NCBI GenBank assembly: GCA_030264375.1 | Contig: JASCQW010000132.1 | Coordinates: 81,283,860-81,347,859 of the forward strand | From: Carcharhinus longimanus | Lineage: Eukaryota | Reading direction: 5' to 3' | DNA length: 64,000 nucleotides | In this document: piece by piece, positions 1 to 11,535 of the stretch | How the letters are laid out: every line of letters begins with the position of its first letter | Position numbering within the stretch: the stretch's first letter is position 1 | Position numbers and translations under genes: made by a program | The notes under the pieces: model-generated | Database searches by the model: none | The model's input: only the letters and a program-made list of their open reading frames with translations | What the model was told of the DNA's origin: nothing

Positions 1-357
1 TGGAATGCCATAAGCATAGACAAGGGTCATGGGTGGAGAGGGGACTCATAATGTTAAAATGGCGACTCAGGCTCGTAGGGCCAAAGGGCCTGTTTCCTGT
101 GCTGTGTTGTTCTTTGTTCTTTGAGAATTTACAAGGCATGGTTAGTAAGTTTGCAGATTATACCAAGATCAGGGGCATAGTGGATAGTGAAGAAGGTTGT
201 CTCGGATTGCAATGGGATCTTGGTCAATTGGGCCAGTGGGCTGATGAATGGCAGATGGAGTTTAATTTGGATAAATGCAAGGTGATGCATTTTGGTAGAT
301 CAAACTAAGGCAGGACTTATTCAGTTAATGGTTGGGCTCTGGGGAGAATTATAGAAC
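1..357 (+). mobile_element. CR1-type LINE fragments (3' tail 1-122, RT fragment ~130-357)
   Basis: SKFADYTKI...QWADEWQMEFNLDKCKVMHFGRSN is a CR1 RT motif. The tail reads gggcctgtttcctgtgctg(ttcttg)n. Confidence 0.9.
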
Positions 358-401
358 TACCACACACTCACCATTTACCACGTGGAAGATGATACCAAGC
401 C

Positions 402-760
402 TTATCTTGAATCAGTCAGCCATCCATCACTGCGGATGACTCCCCTTTCCTGCAGGATTGAGCTGGAGCGGGGAATGTTCTCTGCTTGGGTTGCCTTGAG
501 CCATGTTAGCAGAGCTTTTTCAACTTTGGAATAGTCGGCTGTTCTCATTCTCTTCCTTGCCAGAGATAATTCCTGCTTGCTGAAATATTCCAAGATGTAT
601 GCCTTGTGTTTCATGATGATGGACAAACTCAATAATGGAATCGTACATTCTTTCACAATGTCTGCTTTCCAGCATAGTTTTCCAGATTCTTTATCAACTT
701 CACCTCCTCACTGATCGGCAATACTTGAATCTTCTCACAGATTTAGCCATACTTGCAGGC
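402..760 (-). mobile_element. Tigger/pogo transposase N-terminal remnant (CENP-B HTH)
   Basis: RKRMRTADYSKVEKALLTWLK...NIPRSSSILQER resembles the TIGD/CENP-B HTH. Frame is disrupted. Confidence 0.75.
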
Positions 761-974
761 TTTATATGTTCTCTCACCAGGAGATCCCAATGTCAAATGA
801 TGGTGATTCCAGCAGTCCATGATTTCATGCTCTTATGTGATCTAATTCCTCTCTGGCTGGCACAGTCATATGACAAGTTTGGCTAATCTAGAGTTACCAG
901 TATGGAATTTTGGCTTCTAAGGGCATAATTCTATGGGATTTACTATTCTGTCAGCAGGAATGGCTGATGACTTC

Positions 975-1640
975 AACATAGGAAATGAGAAGAATTTGTT
1001 TCTCTCAGAGGGTTGTGAGCCTTTGGAACTCTCTTCCCCAGAGAGTGATAGGGGCAGGGTCATTGAATATTTTGAAGACAGAGGAAGATAGATTCTTGAC
1101 AGACAAGGGAGTCAAAGGTTATTGGGGATAGGTAGAGTTGAGGCAACAATCAGATCAGCCACAGCCCTATTAAATGGTGAAGCAATTGAGGGGCTGAATG
1201 GCCCACTCCTGCTCTGAATTCATATCTTCATATATATAGCTGCACGTTTGTGTCACCTGATTCTGATTCATCATGGTTTTACTGTACCAAGTACTGGTTT
1301 GGTCAAACTCGAGTACTGTGTTTAGTTTTGGACATCACACGTGAAGAAAGATATATTGGCTTTGGAGAGAGCACAGTGTAAATTTACTAGAATGATAAGT
1401 GGACTCCAAGGATTAAATTACATTAATTAAAGCTGCAATCCCTCAAACTTTGAAGCTGAAGGGGTGATTTGATCATAATTTTTGAGATATGAAGGAGAAC
1501 TGCAAGGGTAAAGAGAGAAATGATTTTTGCTAGTTGATTAAGACTTAGGAACATAGCCGAAATATTAGATCCAGATCATTCAGCACTGAAACATTTCTAA
1601 ACTCAGAGCAGGTGTTGGGAAGCCATCTCTCTAATTGACA
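975..1640 (+). mobile_element. Degenerate CR1 LINE 3' fragments
   Basis: tctctcagagggttgtgagcctttggaactctct, gggctgaatggcccactcctgctc and gagtactgtgtttagttttgg motifs. Confidence 0.7.
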
Positions 1641-1674
1641 GTTGATGCTGAGTTAATTGTTATTTTAAGCCTAT

Positions 1675-2030
1675 GAGTTGTGGCTGAGTTGGGAGCACTC
1701 TTACCTCTGAGTCACTCATTTTCAGGTTAAAGTTCCACTCAAGGAGTTGAGTACACAATTCAAGACTGATACTCCAGTAGTGAAGAGTGCTTAACTGTGG
1801 AGGGGTCTTGATTTGGATGAGATCCCATTGAATCCCTATCTGCCTGTTTGAGTGGATGTAAAGGAGGCAGGCACTATTTGACAAAAAGCAGGGGAGTTAT
1901 CCCTGGTCTCCTGGTCAATGTTTATCCCTTAGGAATCATACAAAAGCAGACAATCTGGTCATTATCACATTGCTGCTTGTGGGAGTTTGCTGTTTGAAAG
2001 TTGCCCGCTGCTATTCCTACAGTGATTGTG
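1675..2030 (+). mobile_element. DeuSINE-like SINE (SacSINE1-like)
   Basis: tRNA-like head (gtggctgagttgggagcactcttacctctgagtca) and Deu-domain-like core ttggatgagat...ggcactatttg...gcaggggagttatccctggtctcctggtcaa. Confidence 0.65.
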
Positions 2031-4393
2031 AACTGGATTTTATGTTGAGGGCAGGCTCTCTCAACCCTAGAATAAATTTTGGGTGTGAGCCATCCTTCGC
2101 TTACTGGGTTTGTCCCAACCTTTAATTTTTTGGGTGATGGCCCTTTAATTAGTCTGTGGTGAGACTTCCCTCTGTTCCAGCAGGAAGCCATGCCTCTCAG
2201 AACTACTAGTTCTGTACCCCTTGTGGTGCCAAGTTGGAGCAGTGATCACTCCTGGTGCTGTAGGTGGGGCAGGAAAAGGTCCAATGATGGACCTGGGCAT
2301 TGAACTAAGTCCAAGATCTTCCCATAGGAAAAGAGACAGGTCTCAGCCATAGGTAGTGGGGGCATGTTGGTCATGGAAAGTGGGGAGGGTGAATATAGAG
2401 AGGCAAACTTTGGGGATGGACTTCTGTTTGGCATAGCGGACCTGGGAAACAGGAACCTCGACTACCCCACTTTCACTGACCAGCAGCCCACTGGGTAAAG
2501 CCTGCTGGGCTAAACATTGGGCCATGGCCTCTCCTGTTGCCCATTTTATTGAAGCAGCGGCAGAAGACAGGCCATGATTGGGATTTAATTAAGATCCTCA
2601 GTTAGGCTAGTGGTTGGCACCCCTGCCCCAGACCCCTCCCCCATATAATTGTGGTAGGGCGGGAGTAGATGGACAGGCAGTGGTTATGTTGCCAATGGCA
2701 TGGCACCCTAACTTATGGAGACACCCATTGTGTTATATAATTGTAAGTCATTCTTTTTATTGACGTTTTTGTTAAGCAAAAGTAATAAGGATTAGGCAGC
2801 CAAGCCAGGTATATACTGTGGCCCAAAATTCACTGCCCAAAGTCTTTCATAACCTGCAGGCAGACACAGAATACTTTCACCTTTTCCAGGCTGCAGCATA
2901 GCCAGAGGGCTGAGATAAAGGACAGAGTGATAAACAACTGCACCACTTTGTCCCATTGTGGAAACAAAACTAATGCTCACCGCTGAGATTGTCAGGTTAT
3001 TAATGCTACAGTTAATTGTATGAGAATCAATATTAATCATAATTTCTTATGAAACAAGCAAACTGAAACATTTCTGAACATTTTAATAGTAATTACTTTA
3101 TTATCTTAACACTGCCCACAAATAACAGAGGGAGAAGTCACTAAGATCTGAGAATGTGATGACATTAGATTAGGAAAGAACATTTCCAGCATTGGGTTGA
3201 GGTAAGATTTTCACTGATGTTAATGTGAATAATGCCATTCACCATTTGCTACATCATTGTGAAAAAGATCTTTAGGTTTAATCCACAATGCTTCACTCGA
3301 TTGTTCAATAATCACACTGCATCATGCTACAGCCAACGCCACATTTGGTACAGTGTGAACTTTCCCAATGTTATAATTTAAACACAGGCTTGAATTGAAT
3401 CTGTCCAAACATAGACCTTGATAGTGCAAAATCTTTTCATCTGTGCAGAGGCAGCTTTGGATAGGAAGTGTTGGAGCCACTTTGCCAGTGGTGGTGTAAG
3501 AATGACAACAGCTACCAACAGCAGAGAGTAGATAATCGCCAACGCACATAGGGATAAATTTCCTCTGGGATCTCACTGGCAGCAGATGCCCTTCACACCA
3601 TCACACCCCAACCCTGCCCCTGACTGAGGCTAAAGCCTGGCAGAAGGCGGGAGAACACCGCCCTGTGGCAGGCTGGAAGGCCAGTGGGGCTAAGTCTAAT
3701 TCACTCACTTCAGCCTCCAGAACAGCAGTCTCCAAAGGACCACAACTACATCTACAGGCCATCCAGTGGAGCATCTACCATCCTGGCAGCCAAGGCTGCA
3801 GTTTACTTTGATCTTTTTTTCCAGTCTTCGGAGGGCACCCCCATCTTGTGATGCTCTCTTGATCTTCTAATCCCACACCTCCAGGGGCAGGGCTCACCTC
3901 TCCCTGTGGGGTTGCCAGCTGCACCCAACCTTTGGTGCTCCATGTCAGCTTTTCGCCTGCACAGCCTGTCAGCCACCCTTAACTGGCCAAGGTACCGGGG
4001 GGCAGCTAATAAAGAGGCCTCCTTGGGGAGGAATGCACAAGTGGGCATATCTTAGAAACAATTGTGGTTGGGCCTTGGAAGTGACTCTGACGAACGAAGA
4101 AGATCCAAGGCAGTAAGGTCCCATGCTGTGTCTTTTTAATGGAATGTGTATATTAGTAATATATTATCTTGACACCTCCATAGTTGTTTTTGTACAATTA
4201 GCACATTATCAAATGAAGAAAGTTACACTGCACTTGCCAATAGCATCAATGCTATCAAATAGGCCTTCAACCTATTGACCCCTTGGAAATCATTAACTAA
4301 CTGGTGAATCAAAAACTGGGGAGCTCTTCTCTAATAGATCACTCAAACATCACACTCCCACCACCTGAATTTCAATGTATAAGCACTTGACAA

Positions 4394-5636
4394 CACGAGT
4401 TCTCAACCAGAGGCAGATGACCCACTTGGGGTTCATGACAAGATTTTAAGAGGTTCACCAATGGCACCTCATGGCTTCCCCCAATACCAGCAATCCAGCC
4501 CCCTGGTTTGGTCTAGTTCTTAGTAAGAAGTCTCACAACACCAGGTTAAAGTCCAACAGGTTTATTTCATAACAAACGACACTAACTTTCGGAGAGCTGC
4601 TCCTTTGTCAGGTGAGTGGGAGTTCTGATCACAAACAGAGCATATAAAGGCAAACACACAGCTTACAGAATACTGATTAGAATGCGAGTCTTTACAGCTA
4701 GTCAAGTCTATCTGTAAACTTGAGCTAGTTTAAAGCTCAAGTAAACTAGAGCAGACAATGTGAGTGGAGATAGCACTAAGCATAGGTTAAAGAGATGTGC
4801 ATTGTCTCCAGACAGGACAATTAGTGAGATGTTGCAAGCCCAGGCAACTCTTGGGGGTTACAAATAGTGTGACATGAATCCAAGATCCCGGTCGAGGCTA
4901 TCCTCACGTGTGCGGAACTTGGCTATCAGTTTCTGCTCAGCGACTCTGCGCTGTTATGTGCTGTGAAGGCTGCCTTGGAGAATGGTTACCCAAAGATCAG
5001 AGGCCGAATGCCCGTGACCACTGAAGTGTTCGCCAACAGGAGAAGAGTCTTGCCTGGTGATTGTCGAACGGTGTTCATTCACCCGTTGTCATAAACTATG
5101 TTCATTCATCCGTTGTCGTAAATTGTGTTTACCCCAGTCCATTGCTGGCATCTCCACATCATGGTCTCCACATCATGGTCATCTTACCAACCACTGATCA
5201 ACAGCCATCCCTGTCACACCATAACAGGCATGTGACTCATCTGACCTTTCACATCTCTCTCTCCTGAACAAGCATTTTGTTTGCAAAGACGGCAGGAGCT
5301 CCGTCTGGGCATTGGAAGCAGCGAGGGCGCTGTATGGGCATTGGAGAACACAGCACTGTTTGTTCTGCAGAGGAGAAATTGTTCGTCCCATTTAGCACAA
5401 TCTATAAACGCAAAGCTGGATTTTCAGCAATGACATCAATGAAAACAATGTACCAAATCAGGATGAATGTTGGCCGTTAAGAAAAACAAAAATAATAAAT
5501 ACATATGCTTGTTTTTGTAACTAATTTTTATACATAAAAACTACTTGTGTTGTGCATTGAGGGGGTGGGGGGGGGAGGGACATGGAATTTTTATATATGA
5601 GGGGGACTGAGAAGCAAAAATGGTTGTGAATTCCTG
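4394..5636 (+). mobile_element. hAT-Charlie/Buster-type DNA transposon remnant with nested Penelope fragment
   Basis: TIRs cacgagttctcaacc / ggttgtgaattcctg (12/15). Degenerate 8-bp TSD cttgacaa / ctttacga. hATC-like peptide LFVPFSTIYKRKAGFSAMTSMKTMYQIRMNV at ~5380-5475. Confidence 0.75.
4515..5140 (-). mobile_element. Penelope-like element 3' fragment (GIY-YIG C-terminus and 3' repeat)
   Basis: Translates QRVNEHRSTITRQ..PVGEHFSGHGHSASDL..RRVAEQKLIAKFRT..DLGFMSH. Same family at 33036, 34218 and 37665. Confidence 0.8.
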
Positions 5637-6109
5637 CTTTACGAGATCAAACAAACAACACTTTTCCCTGAACTATTCACAGCATGCAACATCACCAACT
5701 GCTGGTTGAGATACAACATTGTAAAATGCCTGTCTCAATCATGGAATGAGTGAGGAGTCGGGGTGGTGAGAGACACGAAATACATTTACTCCTGTTCAGG
5801 CTCCAGACTCCTTTCTCATTTGGGACTCTATGCACTCATTCCGTCTTAAAATGATCCTTAAAAAAAATCCTTGTTTTTAACATTGTTATACAAATTAAGC
5901 CAAGCTACAGTAAAATGCCAAAGTATAAACATTTCTTGGTAGATGTGTATTGAAGCTGTAGCAGTCGCTGCATATGTAACAAGGATAAATTTCAAGTGTG
6001 CCTATGCCACTGAGCATCTGGACAGTGAGTGAATTTTAGCAGAAGCCAGAGTGATATTATGAGTTTCTTCAAAGTCAGGATTCATTGAGTATCTGTGCTT
6101 AAACACACA

Positions 6110-6826
6110 GGGCTGGAACTTGCTGAAAAAGTAACAGTGAGAATGACACATAGTATCGTGATGTGTACACTTATCAGCAAGTTCAAAGATTAAGATGATG
6201 CTATGATATGTGAATCTCCAGAAGTCGCTGCTTGTTTTGTAGCTCTCTGCTGTTTGCTTTGTGCAAAATGACGTCTTGTCCTTAGCTTCCCATTATCTTT
6301 AAAATGTTCTGGGCTTTCAGATTAATTGCCCATTAAAGTTGATAGTAAGACCTTATGTATCCTTTTAACAATGTGATCATTGTTAATGATTACCAACAAG
6401 CCACTCTGGCCAAGAGAGTGAATAATTTAGTGTAGACTCTCATTCATTCAGATTGTGAATTATTATTGGAGATTTTATAAAGGTCAAATTTTCCTTCCTT
6501 TTTTTCCCCTCTTCCTCTTAATCCAAACTTCAATTCCCTTTTATATTCCTCTTTTTGTAACTGAATTGATTTGAAGTTATCCACTCTTCCTTCTCAGTTG
6601 TCCCACTGTTTATACTTCACTGCTTAAATCTCATTGGTTAAACAAAAACACTGTTGGTTCCATTTGTTCCCTCGGGTCTCAGAAGCCCTGTTGCCCTCAC
6701 TATGTCTTTATCATCTCTCATTTCCAATTAGTTAGGGCGCAAAACATTTTTGAAATGGAGGTGCGGGGAAACATTCAGCTAACAATGCATGACGCGAGAT
6801 TCCTTATTCCAGCAAGTTCTGGCTGA
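6110..6826. mobile_element. TIR-bounded non-autonomous DNA element (Harbinger-like)
   Basis: gggctggaacttgctg ... cagcaagttctggc inverted ends. Related sequence appears near 40900-41570 and 44340-45130. Confidence 0.45.
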
Positions 6827-7298
6827 TTAATTCCACCAGAAATCTGGTCTCCTGTTGTATCTGCAGCAAGAGATGTGTACAGCCCTCCCCCCAAAAAATG
6901 TAAATGGTTGGCTCTTTAATCATCTGTACTGTTTTCCTGTGATTTCAGCTGGTCTCCCCACTTTATCTCTGGCAGGAGACCAGGAGAAAGTACAGAATTT
7001 CAAGACCACTAATTCTATATACAGACTTTACGAAATATGTTTTATTTATCTTACTTCACAAATACTTTTGGTACTATTTTGACAATGGCTTTCCATATCA
7101 AAGGAAGTTTTACCAACATCAGTCATAAAAATAACTAAAATCCTATTAAAATTAGCTGCTTTAAACTGCTTACAATGGCACATATTCATAACGCAGTTTT
7201 CATTGAACTCTTCTCAAGAAAAAAGATGTGACAAACCACAAAAATATTAGACAAGTATTTCTATTTCTGGTTGGCCAATGGCATTAGAGCAGGTTAGA

Positions 7299-7616
7299 GG
7301 GCAGCATGGTGGCACAGTGGTTAGCATTGCTGTCTCACAATGCCAGGGACCTGGGCTCAATTCCTGCCTTGGGTCACAGTCTGTGTGGAGTTTGCACATT
7401 CTCCCCACATCTGCATGGGTTTCCTCCAGGTATTCTGGTTGACCAAAGATGTGTGCGTTAGGTGGATTGGCCATGCTAAATTGACCCTAGTGTTAGAGGG
7501 ATTAGTAGGGCAAATGCACGGAGTTACAGGAATAGGGCCTGGGTGGGATTATGGTCGGTACAGATTCAATGGGCCAAATGGCCTCCTTCTGTACTGTAGA
7601 GAGTCTGTGATTCTAT
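7299..7616 (+). mobile_element. HE1/V-SINE-like tRNA-derived SINE
   Basis: Head gggcagcatggtggcacagtggttagc, core gttaggtggattggccatgctaaattg, CR1-like tail gggccaaatggcctccttct. Confidence 0.85.
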
Positions 7617-7920
7617 AATATGGGTTAGTATTACTTGATCCCAGCACAGTTGGAAGGGTATTAGGTTTTCCACCTTCGCTACTCTCTAGAAACACTGGTT
7701 CTGGAAAATAGTTGGCATCTAACATTTAAAAAGTGTGATAAAAGATTTTCCACACTTTCCATCACTTTGACAATACTGATTGCTGGGAGTCCACACATTC
7801 AATAGGCACCCAGGATTACTCAGAGAGGCACAGCAGTACAAGTAATTTGTCAACTCAAGTTATGTCCAGCAATCTTTTAAGTAGAATGAAGTGACAATTC
7901 TAATTGGCAGATTTTGTCAC

Positions 7921-7926
7921 TTTATT
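7921..7926 (-). promoter_or_regulatory. Candidate polyadenylation signal AATAAA for the RAPGEF5-like gene
   Basis: tttatt on + strand, about 680 nt past the stop. Other hexamers exist further on (e.g. 7041), so this is tentative. Confidence 0.25.
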
Positions 7927-8604
7927 AGATCAAAGACATTGTTTTTTTAATGTTCACACTGACTGCCTCTAAGTTGCTACAGCAATATGTCTCATGTAGC
8001 AGCGAACATTTCCTACACTTCCCAGTGGCAAGCTCCCAAAAATGTGTCACAACCTGGCCAAAATAAATTTAAATAGTTCCATTTCTGATATTTTACCAGG
8101 GTTAGTGGCAGGTTAGTCCAATGGGTGCAAAGCCCACCCTGCCACACATCCTCCTGAGGAAGGTCCTAATCATTCAATTACAAAATAACTCGAAACATCT
8201 CTGCTTTGACAGTTTGGCACAGAAAAGTGCATTAAAAGTAATTGTCATAATCTGACAGAAATTGATAAAATTCTGTCCTGCTTAGTTTAAGCAAACACTA
8301 GTGCTTGTTTCTTAGTTTGTTGACTGCCCAGTGCTGCTGCTGAAGTTTCCTGGATAATGCAACAGAGCTTCTGGATTGCATACCATGCAAGGTCTGATCA
8401 AGCCCATTGTTTCTTTCTCATCTGAAAGTAACCCAGCTTGTTTATGACCTCTTGCGTTGAATTTTCAAGTAAACCATGTCCATGATTTCACAAGAGACCT
8501 CTCACATAGCACATTAGTTGTGTCACTTTGTCACAGTTGTTGCGACCACAGTTCCCCGTAGTATCTTTCAACATCAGTAATCTTATGGGCAAATGGAGCT
8601 TTGG

Positions 8605-8723
8605 TTAAGTTCTTGGCTCAAGTCTGTGAGAAAGCTGAAATAAGGTCTGTTGGTTGTCAATAACGTGCAAGTGGTGGACATAAGACTTCACATCCTGGTG
8701 GTCTTTCTGAGTATCATCTGCAG
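8605..8723 (-). CDS. RAPGEF5: RAPGEF5-like terminal coding exon: [38 protein letters not shown]
   Basis: Family C-terminus 'SYV..L.VID.Q..LF.LSHR.EPR'. TAA at 8605-8607, attacag acceptor. Confidence 0.92.
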
Positions 8724-9620
8724 CTGTAATCAGAGGAGAAAATGCTGTAATGACTGTCACATCGAAGTTTGCTTATTTGTCAACTAGGTGTCTCAAATGC
8801 ATGGAACTTCAGCATTAAAGGTAGAAAATGTTACAAGAGAAAAGTTCAACAGAAACGTTGCAGTAACTTTGTCTGCGTGTGTAAATGGTGTTTCTGTTAC
8901 ACATCTGGTGACATTATGGTTGCAGACTAGGAGCAGCTGTAAGGAAATCCATTTATATTTAGGACTCTCCAAAATAAGCCAGTAGAAAGTCCAATAAACC
9001 CATCTTGAGTGTTTACTGAAACCACTGTGTTAGCTGAGTTTCACAGTGCCAACTGATGAGTTAGACAGAAGGTGGCACTGAAGGCTTGACTTACAGCAAA
9101 CTGCCTGCTTTACAGTAAAACTACTTACTCAGCAGTGCCATCCACTTAAACAGTGGACAACAGCAAACAGTCTTTTTAAAAAGGATCTCCACGAACTACA
9201 GTGAATTGAAATCATGTCACAAACTACAGAAATGTCTCCTAAGGGTAGCAGGTGATTTCTCCAGTAAAAGCGGAGGGTACTTAAAATACAAATCAATTAA
9301 TTCCACTGAAACATTTAGTGAGTGAAGGATAATTATGTCAAAATTCTGTGCGTAAAATCAATCAGACAGAGCAAACCTACAGTTTGAAGATTGAAAGTGC
9401 TCACCTCTAAATATATTCCCAACAAAAGTTAACTTATCGGGTGACTTTTTTTCACCAAGTGATCCATTTTTACAAAATTAAAATGCTAGATAATTAATTT
9501 TCTCCTCTATATATTGTGCATGTGTCAAGAAGGAGCTGAATTAATGGCCAGTTGAGAGGGAGCATCCTTTTTTTTGTAAATTTTGTTTATAGTTTTAAAT
9601 TTTAAAAAATTATTCCATCC

Positions 9621-9895
9621 AAAAAACCAAATTCAAATTGAATTCAATTTGTGATCCTCACAAGAGAGACAAGCAACACCCAAGTGGATAAGATGAGGCA
9701 TTGCACCCCATCCTGGGCATGATCCGATGCTTCATCTTTGCCAAAAGGCCAAGATGGCTTTGAAAAATTGCATCAGGCGATGCCTCAGTTGAACCTCATT
9801 GGCTACTTGATGATTGACTCTACCCTAGCCCAGGAGATCCACTTGCATGATTATGGTTTCACCCCTGCCAGATAAATGAAGATTGAGAGGTAGGT
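9621..9895 (-). other. Composite snRNA-derived element: U1-like, U4-like and U2-like segments
   Basis: U1-like 9824-9877 (ATTTATCTGGCAGGGGTGAAACCATAATCATGCAAGTGG). U4-like 9782-9806 (GTAGCCAATGAGGTTCAACTGAGGC). Sm-like GCAATTTTTCAAAG 9758-9771. U2-like 9730-9754 (TCTTGGCCTTTTGGCAAAGATGAAG). Confidence 0.75.
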
Positions 9896-10627
9896 NNNNN
9901 NNNNNNNNNNNNNNNNNNNNNNNNNNNNNNNNNNNNNNNNNNNNNNNNNNNNNNNNNNNNNNNNNNNNNNNNNNNNNNNNNNNNNNNNNNNNNNNNNNNN
10001 NNNNNNNNNNNNNNNNNNNNNNNNNNNNNNNNNNNNNNNNNNNNNNNNNNNNNNNNNNNNNNNNNNNNNNNNNNNNNNNNNNNNNNNNNNNNNNNNNNNN
10101 NNNNNNNNNNNNNNNNNNNNNNNNNNNNNNNNNNNNNNNNNNNNNNNNNNNNNNNNNNNNNNNNNNNNNNNNNNNNNNNNNNNNNNNNNNNNNNNNNNNN
10201 NNNNNNNNNNNNNNNNNNNNNNNNNNNNNNNNNNNNNNNNNNNNNNNNNNNNNNNNNNNNNNNNNNNNNNNNNNNNNNNNNNNNNNNNNNNNNNNNNNNN
10301 NNNNNNNNNNNNNNNNNNNNNNNNNNNNNNNNNNNNNNNNNNNNNNNNNNNNNNNNNNNNNNNNNNNNNNNNNNNNNNNNNNNNNNNNNNNNNNNNNNNN
10401 NNNNNNNNNNNNNNNNNNNNNNNNNNNNNNNNNNNNNNNNNNNNNNNNNNNNNNNNNNNNNNNNNNNNNNNNNNNNNNNNNNNNNNNNNNNNNNNNNNNN
10501 NNNNNNNNNNNNNNNNNNNNNNNNNNNNNNNNNNNNNNNNNNNNNNNNNNNNNNNNNNNNNNNNNNNNNNNNNNNNNNNNNNNNNNNNNNNNNNNNNNNN
10601 NNNNNNNNNNNNNNNNNNNNNNNNNNG

Positions 10628-10827
10628 GGTTTCCTCCGGGTGCTCCAGTTTCCTCCCACAGTCCAAAGATGTGTGGGTTAGGTTGATTGGCCATGCTAAA
10701 TTGACCTAGTGTCAGGGGAATTACCAGGGTAAATATGTGGGGTTACAGAAATGGAGCCTGGGTGGGATTGTAGTCAGTGCAGGCTTGATGGGCCGAATGG
10801 TTTCCTTCTGCACGGTAGGGATTCTAT
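10628..10827 (+). mobile_element. HE1-like SINE, 5' part lost in gap
   Basis: Core and tail match the 7299 copy. Confidence 0.85.
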
Positions 10828-11470
10828 AACCAGAAATTACTTAGCACTTAGTACTGTAGAATAATCCTTCAGCATATAAATGTACCTGCTTCAGTCCTCT
10901 AATCCAGTTGTTAATTGGCCTATTAGTGGGGTAAAGTGCAGATATTCTGCTCTTGTCTGAGAATTTAATACACTGCCAGAGCTTATTGGAAATGTGGTTG
11001 ACTGCAGTGTACAATTTATTGATGATCTAATTAGGTGGAAAATCATGTGCCAAGTGTCCCTACATTTCCAATATATGTGATCAGTTGGAAAGGATTCCCA
11101 CAAAGTCGGAAACTTATTTCTTTAATTTAAACCTATAGTCAACCCTGAACAAACATTGAATATTAGACAATTCCACAAGTCTAGTTTTAGCTTTTATTCT
11201 ACAGGTTGTGCAAAGACTGCAAAGAGCAGAAACTCCCACTTTGTAGCATTATTTTTGTTACTAAATTTGAACCATTAGATATTTTCTTAAAAACTGCAGC
11301 TAAAGATGACTTTGAATTATGAACAGATAGCCCTTGATTGATAAAACTTAAATCCAATTGTCTTCGGATTTACTGTGAACTTACGCACATCAAATACCTA
11401 AGCACATGGAAACTGACCTTGAAACAGCAATCATTCAAGAAAATATTAAATATATACAAATTACACATAC

Positions 11471-11535
11471 CAGCTTTTCAAAGTTGACAAGATTGTCCAG
11501 AAAGGTTTTGTTTCCTTCATGGATAAATGTTACGT
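11471..11535 (-). CDS. RAPGEF5: RAPGEF5-like exon: (D)[21 protein letters not shown]
   Basis: Matches the recalled RAPGEF5 segment. tattag acceptor, gtatgt donor, 65 nt. Not in the ORF track. Confidence 0.95.

Noticed and set aside
7299-7375. tRNA genes at SINE heads
   Set aside because: A/B-box-like heads continue into SINE cores and tails, and I saw no intact cloverleaf.
9824-9877. Functional U1 snRNA gene
   Set aside because: Only the first ~55 nt are present, the 5' splice-site-pairing end is mutated (ATTTATCTG versus ACTTACCTG), and it is fused to other snRNA pieces.
9825-10694. Long ORFs spanning N-runs (also 21446-21844, 51086-51745, 54616-55011)
   Set aside because: Artefacts of translating through assembly gaps.
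11020-11055. 'HMIFHLIR' peptide as the missing HMIADTVR exon
   Set aside because: No AG acceptor before the His codon and no further similarity.
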